Positions 9,122 through 16,100 of a stretch of DNA of 32,000 nucleotides are shown piece by piece. The translations under genes were made by a program, and so were the position numbers. The stretch spans positions 900,001-932,000 of the forward strand of contig NC_005070.1 of the NCBI RefSeq assembly GCF_000195975.1, in the 5' to 3' direction. Numbering within the stretch: position 1 is the first letter of the stretch; each line of letters begins with the position of its first letter. Source of the DNA: Parasynechococcus marenigrum WH 8102. GTDB taxonomy: Bacteria > Cyanobacteriota > Cyanobacteriia > PCC-6307 > Cyanobiaceae. Below the pieces are notes generated by a model. It was given only the letters and a program-made list of their open reading frames with translations, was not told the origin of the DNA and did no database searches.

Positions 9122-10264
9122 GTGCTTCTTTCTTTTCTGATCGGGTTCGGCGCGGGCGCTGCGACCATGTCGGTCATCCAGCGTCGACGGCTGCGGCGGG
9201 CGCGGATTGCTGAAGACGAGGACTGTCCTGGTTTCCCTCCGGGAGTGCTCAACGCACCACAACTGTTGGCCTGGATTGATGCCGCGACTCAGGGCTGGTT
9301 GATCCTGTCGCCGGATCTGTCCATCGCTTACATCAACGCCCGGGCCGAGCGGTTGCTGCACATTTCCAGGAACCTTCTTGTGCGTGGCATGCCGATGGAT
9401 CAGGTGCTGTCGATTCCTCAGCTCGAGGAGGCGATCATCAGCACCCGCTATCAGCAACGCCCTCAACGCAGCGAGTGGGAGCAGTTGGGGGAGCCCCTGG
9501 AAGCTTTCGTGCTGCCGGGATCCGATGAATGGCTTCTGGTGCTGATTCAGAGCCGTCAGTCACTGGAGGCACAGCAACAGCAGCAGGAGCGCTGGGTCAG
9601 CGATGTGGCACATGAGCTCAAGACACCGCTGACGGCCCTGATGTTGGTCAGCGACAGGCTTGAGATGGCCGTGGACGGCACGGACACCGTGCTGGTGCAG
9701 CGCCTGCAGCGGGAGTTGCGGCGGCTGCAGCTGATGGTGGAGGACCTGCTGGAGCTGTCTCGCCTGGAGAACAGCCTGCCCCAGGAGAGCAGCAGTTACA
9801 CCGCCATCACCCTGGAGGATCTTGTGGACAGTGCCTGGGCCAGCATCCGTCCCTTGGCGGAGGAACGCGAGGTGACGATGGATCTGGATCGAAGTGAAAC
9901 AGGGCCAATGATGGGTGATCAGCGGCGACTGCACCGGGCGGTGCTCAATTTGCTGGACAACGCCCTGCGGTATTCCCCAAACGGTTCCAGCGTGGATGTC
10001 TCCATCGTTCCCAGTGGAGGCTGGTGGTTGCTCAGCATCCGTGACCATGGTCCTGGATTGAGCGACTCCGACCTCGGCGGCATGTTTCAGCGCTTTTACC
10101 GAGGCGATCCATCCCGGGCCCGTTCAGCTCGCAGCGGCAGCGGCCTCGGGTTGGCCATCGTGCAGCAGATTGCGGTGAATCACGGTGGTCGCATCGAAGC
10201 GCGCAACCATCCCAATGGCGGCACCTGCATGGAATTGGTGCTGCCTAAGAGTTTGAGCGCGTGA
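9122..10264 (+). CDS. phoR: Sensor histidine kinase with N-terminal TM helix, PAS-like domain, HisKA and HATPase_c (probably PhoR/SphS)
   Basis: N-terminal TM segment LLSFLIGFGAGAATMSVI, then a PAS-like WLILSPDLSIAYINARAERLL. The H-box is SDVAHELKTPLTAL, the N-box LLDNALRYSP, and the G-boxes DHGPGL and GSGLGLAIV. GTG start lies 8 nt after the regulator's stop. Confidence 0.85.
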   Translation: MLLSFLIGFGAGAATMSVIQRRRLRRARIAEDEDCPGFPPGVLNAPQLLAWIDAATQGWLILSPDLSIAYINARAERLLHISRNLLVRGMPMDQVLSIPQLEEAIISTRYQQRPQRSEWEQLGEPLEAFVLPGSDEWLLVLIQSRQSLEAQQQQQERWVSDVAHELKTPLTALMLVSDRLEMAVDGTDTVLVQRLQRELRRLQLMVEDLLELSRLENSLPQESSSYTAITLEDLVDSAWASIRPLAEEREVTMDLDRSETGPMMGDQRRLHRAVLNLLDNALRYSPNGSSVDVSIVPSGGWWLLSIRDHGPGLSDSDLGGMFQRFYRGDPSRARSARSGSGLGLAIVQQIAVNHGGRIEARNHPNGGTCMELVLPKSLSA

Positions 10265-11013
10265 CCCGGCAGCGGTTGCAGAAACTGATCGCCGCCGCTG
10301 GCCTGTGCTCGCGGAGGACCGCTGAAGATTGGATCGATGCCGGTCGGGTCAAGGTGGATGGCCGCATCTCAAGCCTTGGTGATCAGGCGGACCCTGAAAG
10401 CCAGCTCATCCATGTGGATGGCAGGCCGTTGAGTTTCCGCGGGGAGCCCACCGTGCTGCTGATCAACAAACCAGCTGGCGTGATCAGCACCTGCCGCGAC
10501 CCCCGCGGGCGGTCCACCGTTCTGGATCTGTTGCCGCAGCAGCTGCGCCAGGGACTCCACCCCGTCGGTCGTTTGGATGCCGACAGCCGCGGCGCCCTGC
10601 TGCTGACGGACTATGGCGATCTGACGTTGCGGTTGACTCACCCCCGCTATGACCATGCCAAGACCTATAGGGTCTGGGTGGAGGGGACCCCGCTTGATAC
10701 CAGCCTGCAGCGCTGGCGGCAAGGGGTCACGCTGGATGGCACACGCACCCGATCCGCCGAGGTTCGGGTGCTGCAGCGTCGCTCCGACCGCACGCTGCTT
10801 GAGGTGGTTTTGCTGGAGGGTCGTAACCGTCAGATTCGTCGTGTTGCCGAGCTGCTAGGCCATCCGGTTGTTGACTTGCAGCGAGTGGCCATTGCCGGTT
10901 TGCGCCTTGGGGCGTTGCCGGAAGGTCGTTGGCGGCGGCTGAGCAGGGGAGAATGGACGCCAATGCTTGATCGGGGCGAACCCCGCGCCTCTCAGCACGG
11001 TTCATGCGCCTGA
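10261..11013 (+). CDS. RsuA/RluB-family rRNA pseudouridine synthase (S4 domain plus catalytic domain)
   Basis: S4 RNA-binding N-terminus: RLQKLIAAAGLCSRRTAEDWIDAGRVKVDG. The catalytic motif PVGRLDADSRGALLLTD contains the conserved Asp, and GRNRQIRR lies near the C-terminus. The GTG start overlaps the kinase stop (GTGA). Confidence 0.9.
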   Translation: MTRQRLQKLIAAAGLCSRRTAEDWIDAGRVKVDGRISSLGDQADPESQLIHVDGRPLSFRGEPTVLLINKPAGVISTCRDPRGRSTVLDLLPQQLRQGLHPVGRLDADSRGALLLTDYGDLTLRLTHPRYDHAKTYRVWVEGTPLDTSLQRWRQGVTLDGTRTRSAEVRVLQRRSDRTLLEVVLLEGRNRQIRRVAELLGHPVVDLQRVAIAGLRLGALPEGRWRRLSRGEWTPMLDRGEPRASQHGSCA

Positions 11014-11921
11014 CGTTTCTGCGCCCCTGGCGGCGTCGCTCCCGTTCCCAGGAGACAGTTCCAGATCAGCTCTCCAGAGATGAGCAGCTGCGGGAACTCG
11101 GCCAGATGATGAAGCAACACCGGGAAGCTGAGGGCCTGACCCTGCGGGAGCTGGCCCATGAAACCAGGATCACCACGCCCGTGATTGAGGCCCTTGAGCG
11201 CGGCTGGTCCGATCGCTTACCGGAGCGTGCCTACCTGGCTTCGATGCTGCCGCAGCTTGAGCGGCGGTTGGCGCTGATGCCGGGGGTGCTGGAGCCGGTT
11301 CTTCCCCCTGCTGTGGACCGACAGCGTCAGTTGAACTTGTCGCAGCGACGCTTCACGCTCGGCAGCATCGATGTATTCACCACCTGGCAGGGCAGTGTGG
11401 TTTATGCGCTGTTGATCGGCCTGAGTGTGCTGATGATCAACCGTCAGCAGCAGAACCTTGCCCTGCGCAACAGCCAGAGCCTTGAGCCGGTTCGCGCTGA
11501 CCTGCGTGGCCTGGATCAGACCGCCGTCCTTCCCGGTGGTGATTCCCAGCTGAAAGCCCTGCGGCCGCTGGATCAGGCCCGGCAACGGCAGCCTCTGGAC
11601 TGGTTGAACGCCGCCGGTGGCCCGCCCTTGTCACGTCCTGGAGTGCTCACCCTGCAATTGACGCAGCCGCGGCAATTGCAATTGTCCAGTGGTGGCGGTG
11701 ATCGGCTGCAACTGCAGCTGCAGGCCGGCACGGCGACGTTGCAGCTGCTGGCCCCTGTGCAAGTGGTGGTTACACCTCCACTGGATAAGGCTGATCAGCT
11801 GCTGTGGAATGGTCGGGTGCTGCAGGCCGATACGACCATTCCGGGCACCTATCGGGTGGAAGCGCCTGGGGCGGCACGCTTGGCTCCGTTATGGCCCCAG
11901 ATGGACTCCCCTTCTCCTTGA
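11004..11921 (+). CDS. RodZ-like helix-turn-helix membrane protein
   Basis: The Xre-type HTH (LGQMMKQHREAEGLTLRELAHETRITTPVIEALERG) is followed by PERAYLASML and a single TM helix (VVYALLIGLSVLMI). A C-terminal beta-rich region follows. This is the architecture of RodZ-type proteins. The start is uncertain because 11004 overlaps the upstream gene by 10 nt. Confidence 0.7.
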   Translation: MRLTFLRPWRRRSRSQETVPDQLSRDEQLRELGQMMKQHREAEGLTLRELAHETRITTPVIEALERGWSDRLPERAYLASMLPQLERRLALMPGVLEPVLPPAVDRQRQLNLSQRRFTLGSIDVFTTWQGSVVYALLIGLSVLMINRQQQNLALRNSQSLEPVRADLRGLDQTAVLPGGDSQLKALRPLDQARQRQPLDWLNAAGGPPLSRPGVLTLQLTQPRQLQLSSGGGDRLQLQLQAGTATLQLLAPVQVVVTPPLDKADQLLWNGRVLQADTTIPGTYRVEAPGAARLAPLWPQMDSPSP

Positions 11922-12649
11922 TGCAGCGCGAATTTGATCGTTCAACAAGGGTTTTTCAGAATCTGGGATTTTTGAGCTGACGGAGAGTTCCTCGCCGATT
12001 GTGGTTTTTCGAGATGCTTTGCTGAGGAGAGTTGTTTGGAGATTCGGAGGTTGTATTCAACGTGGAGCTGATCAGGGTCTTTGTCTAATTCGATGGTTTG
12101 TTCATCGTTAGGGGAAATTGGTCTCAAATGAGCAAACAGTTGCTGGAGATGAGCTTTGCTGTTGGCGGGTGGCTATCCGAGCACAGCGAAGACCAGTGTT
12201 TATGCGGTGGCCTTCTGGGTAGCAACTCCGTCCTTGTGCAGAAGATGACCATCGACAGGAATAGGTTTCACCCCTTTTCGCTTATTGTGTGGCTGCTTAA
12301 AGCACAAATCAGCATTGGGATTAGACGTACTTGCAGCTTTAAGGCATACAGGACTCAGACTTGGGTATTGCTGAAGTATAAATTAATTAATTTATTGGAG
12401 TTGAGTGGTTAATATTGTAAGTTGTGCTCTGGCCGGGGATAGGAATGTGCCAGGGTTTTACAGTTGTTTGTGGAGGAAATTGTTGCGTTGTTAGATTGAG
12501 GTGCCGAAGCTGGAAATAATAGAATTAGCAGTGTAATTAGAAAGATTGGACTTGTATTTTGACTCTCATGAGCTATATGTTGGTGCTGGTATTTACTGAG
12601 CTAACCATAAAAAGCTCTATATTTTTTTATTAGTGACGTATCGGCGTGC

Positions 12650-12988
12650 TTATTTGACAATATTGCCTTCGAGTTTCTTTATTCTAGCTTCAATACTTTT
12701 AAGCTGGGAAACAATTTCTTCAAAATCTTCTCTATAGATAGCTGTAGCCGTCTCCAACTGCTCGACTGACTTTGCCAAGTTGTCAACTTCTGGCGAACTG
12801 GTTTGAGTACCTATTAAATTCTCTTCCGGGGTATCAAGAATGCTTCCTTGAGAGCCTAAATACAATTCAGCCAATCTTTCTAAAACTTTTGTGTATTGAC
12901 GCGACTGATCACGGCATAAGCTTTTAAAGCTCTCGAGCGTCTCAGGTGAAAAATTCGCATTGAACGAACCTGCGCGTGCTGGTGCCAT
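12650..12988 (-). CDS. Small ribbon-helix-helix (CopG/Arc-like) protein with C-terminal coiled coil; putative DNA-binding regulator
   Basis: From ATG 12988 the sequence is MAPARAGSFNANFSPETLESFKSLCRDQSRQYTKVLERLAELYLG. This fits a beta-strand/helix/helix RHH pattern. A linker follows, then a heptad-like tail VEQLETATAIYREDFEEIVSQLKSIEARIKKLEGN. The track's longer version (start 13096) extends into a compositionally different GC-rich patch. The fold call is by pattern only. Confidence 0.5.
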   Translation of the reverse strand: MAPARAGSFNANFSPETLESFKSLCRDQSRQYTKVLERLAELYLGSQGSILDTPEENLIGTQTSSPEVDNLAKSVEQLETATAIYREDFEEIVSQLKSIEARIKKLEGNIVK

Positions 12989-13001
12989 GAGTTTTACTTC
13001 A

Positions 13002-13042
13002 GTTATTGGAACAATAACGGCGCCCCACCGCAGTTGGTGGGG
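13002..13042. promoter_or_regulatory. Twin perfect palindromes in the divergent upstream region between the RHH-like gene and the giant gene
   Basis: The first is GTTATTG (13002-13008), spacer gaa, CAATAAC (13012-13018). The second is CCCCACC (13023-13029), spacer gcagtt, GGTGGGG (13036-13042). They sit 14-54 nt upstream of ATG 12988 (minus strand) and about 97-137 nt upstream of ATG 13139 (plus strand). They lie exactly at the AT-rich to GC-rich junction. Function (operator, RNA hairpin or relic terminator) is not established. Confidence 0.4.
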
Positions 13043-13138
13043 TTTGGGGTAGGTCTGTAGATACCGTAACGCAAGGTCTCCAGCACCTGTCGGCATCTCG
13101 ACACCCTTTTGGGACAGTTGGGAGCTTCATAGGCGATA

Positions 13139-16100
13139 ATGGATACAAGTGGCTACGTGTACCCACCAATGGATGATCTCCTGAAGCGCCAGAACGGAGG
13201 TGGGCAGGGCGGTTTCGACCCCAATAGCTCTGATGGCGGTGACCTCAACGGTGGTGACGGTCTCCATCCGAGGCCGGGGGAATCGGATGTCGGCAGTGGT
13301 TTGGAGCTCGACAGGAGTCTGCAGCGTGTGGCGGCTCACGAGGCTTGGCTGAACGAGCAGAGCCAGCTGCCGGTTGAAAACTGGCTGCAGATCCGTGGTG
13401 GCAAATCAATAGCCCTTGAAAATTTTGGCGTAAACAATAATACAACGAACGAATTCACAAGAGATTTTGAGAAAAGTCTGATAGTTGTCGATCAGCGCTC
13501 AATTGATTTGGAAGATTACAGTCGAAACTTGCCACCTGAAACTGATATCTTAGTTCTCAATCCGAACACCAGCGGTGCAAATCAAATCAGAGAATTTCTA
13601 ATTGGTGATAATGCTGCCGACTACAGCAATATATCCATAATAGGTTGCAGGGATGATTTTCATAATGCATGCCTTGGTTCAGACGTGTTATCAGTCGAAG
13701 ACTTGTCTAAACAGATTTATTTGTTTCAGCAAGAGAATTTAATTGATACTTCTGTAAACCTCAGGTTATTCACCGCAGAAAATCTAGTAGTAAATGTTAC
13801 ACAATCTCCTTCTCAGTCGGCGAGCACTGAACTATTAAGTAGAGCTATTAATATAATTTCAAGCTCATTTGATAGCGGCCGCTTTCAGGAATCTTTAAAT
13901 CATGCATATTCAGCTTCAAAACATTCATATGTATTAGATAGAGCCTATCAATTAATTAATGGTACAAGTGCACCATCTATTGAATTGGTTGACTTTGGAA
14001 AAGCTGAAATAAAAGGAGCTTACCTAAGTGGTCAAGATAGGATTTTGGTCGATTCCAGTCTTCGCAATGCTAATACTTTGCTAGACAGGGTTTTGATTGA
14101 GGAAATTGGTCACTGGCTAGATGAATCTCATGGCGCCGATAGCAAAGGTGATGAAGGTGATATCTTTGCAACATCGTTATTAGGCGGAAATCCTACATCC
14201 TCATCTCGTATTGATAATGTCAAACGTCAGATATTGTCTCTTAATGGTCATTTTTATTATGCTGAATTTGCTAACTTTGGTGTTGACACACTTAGCTCTT
14301 CCTCGGAAGTGCAAAGTGCTGGTTCAAGCATTATCCTTGCCCCAGAGTCTGGATATTCATTTAGAGATGTAATTTCAGACCATAGTGTTAGTGGAGCGAA
14401 TGTTGCTTCGCAATTTAGTGTTTTTGTAAATGGCGGAGCCTCGATATCTCCAACCGGGGCTTCGTTTAGTAGTGGGTCACTTCTTTTGACTGGTATTTCC
14501 CCAGTCATCGAACAAAATGACTACGTTACGATTTCATACTCTCCTTCTGGTACATCAACATTTAATTTAGTTGATAGCTCAAATCCTGGTTCAGATACTG
14601 TCCCAGCATTTTCTGACTTGCCGATTGACAACAATTCAACAAAGGATATAACAGCTGGTTATGTTGACTTTGGTTCTAGTACTACAGCAGTTGCGACCAA
14701 TGGAGCAACAATCGTACTGAAGTTTAACGAAGCGTTAGCAGACATTACCAACGATGCAAATACCAGAAATCAGTTTGCAGTACTGACTAACGGAGCAGCA
14801 AATGCTGTAACCGGAATAGCACTTGGTGGAAGTAATAAGGAAGTGACGTTGACGCTGACGAATACGGTAGAGGACGGCGATGAAGTCACTGTTGCCTACA
14901 CGAAGGATACTGGCAATAGTGTTCAGCTTGAGGACCGCCATACAGATGCAACTGATATCGACAACTTTAGTGCGACTTCTATTACCAATAATTCAACCAA
15001 GGATTTAACAGCTGGGACCGTTGACTTTGGTTCTAGTACTACAGCGGTTGCGACCAATGGAGCAACAATCGTACTGAAGTTTACTGAGGCGCTGGCAGAC
15101 ATTACCAATGATGCAAATACCAGAAATCAGTTTGCAGTACTGACTAATGGAGCAGCAAATGCTGTAACCGGAATAGCACTTGGCGGAAGTAATAAGGAAG
15201 TGACATTGACGCTAACGAATACGGTAGAGGACGGCGATGAAGTCACTGTTGCCTACACGAAGGATACTGGCAATAGTGTTCAGCTTGAGGACCGCCATAC
15301 AGATGCGACTGATATCGACAACTTTAGTGCGACTTCTGTTACCAATAATTCGACCAAGGATATTACTGGTGCGGTTATTGATTTCGGAGCATCTACAACA
15401 GCAGTTGCTACGAATGGTGCCACATTAGTACTGACATTCCCTGAGGAATTGGCTGACATCAGTGATGGAGCGGATGTGCGTGCACAATTTGCCGTTTTAA
15501 CGAATGGAGCTGCTAATGCTGTTACTGGTGTATCGCTAGGAGGAAGTAATAAGCAAGTCACCTTGACTTTGACGAATGTCGTTGAAGATGAAGATGAGGT
15601 GACGGTTGCTTATACGGCAAATGGTGCTAATGCGTTGAAGGATCGACACGCAGACGCGACGAATATTGCTAATTGGAATGCGACTTCAATTACAAACAAT
15701 TCAACAAAGGATACAACAGCTGGTTATGTTGACTTTGGTTCTAGTACTACAGCAGTTGCGACCAATGGAGCAACAATCGTACTGAAGTTTAACGAAGCGT
15801 TAGCAGACATTACCAACGATGCAAATACCAGAAATCAGTTTGCAGTACTGACTAACGGAGCAGCAAATGCTGTAACCGGAATAGCACTTGGTGGAAGTAA
15901 TAAGGAAGTGACGTTGACGCTGACGAATACGGTAGAGGACGGCGATGAAGTCACTGTTGCCTACACGAAGGATACTGGCAATAGTGTTCAGCTTGAGGAC
16001 CGCCATACAGATGCAACTGATATCGACAACTTTAGTGCGACTTCTATTACCAATAATTCAACCAAGGATTTAACAGCTGGAACCGTTGACTTTGGTTCTA

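Noticed and set aside
155-11634. Numerous long alternative-frame or antisense ORFs in the GC-rich half, for example 155-715 (-), 964-1713 (-), 1710-2252 (-), 2059-2568 (-), 4284-4793 (+), 5039-6088 (+), 6343-7194 (-), 8888-9466 (-) and 9560-10048 (-).
   Set aside because: Each overlaps a gene with clear family signatures on the other strand or in another frame. Their translations are Arg/Pro/Ala/Gly-rich, typical of non-coding frames in high-GC DNA.
11942-12412. ORFs 11942-12127 (-) and 12098-12412 (+) as possible genes.
   Set aside because: I could not recognise any domain. The two ORFs overlap each other, one depends on a TTG start, and their composition is heterogeneous. I cannot support them as features, though an annotation pipeline might call one as hypothetical.
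13023-13050. The GC-rich hairpin CCCCACC-gcagtt-GGTGGGG followed by TTT, as a rho-independent terminator.
   Set aside because: The T-run is only three residues and is followed by GGGG. There is no upstream plus-strand gene for it to terminate. I report it only as a palindrome of unknown role.
12989-13096. The N-terminal 36-codon extension of the small minus-strand ORF (track version 12650-13096, MPTGAGDLALRYLQTYPKPHQLRWGAVIVPITEVKL).
   Set aside because: The extension lies in the compositionally distinct GC-rich patch and runs through both palindromes. It would leave only 42 bp between divergent start codons. ATG 12988 at the composition junction is the more plausible start, though this is not proven.
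11850-13140. A search for a tRNA or tmRNA gene, integrase, transposase or flanking direct repeats at the island boundary.
   Set aside because: I found no T-arm-like GGTTCGAATCC-type sequence or cloverleaf-compatible segment by eye. No ORF has integrase or transposase motifs in this interval. A computational scan is still needed.
13127-13445. Minus-strand ORFs 13127-13339 (70 aa) and 13245-13445 (66 aa).
   Set aside because: They are antisense to the GC-rich 5' end of the giant gene, whose own frame shows host-like GC3 bias. They have no motifs.
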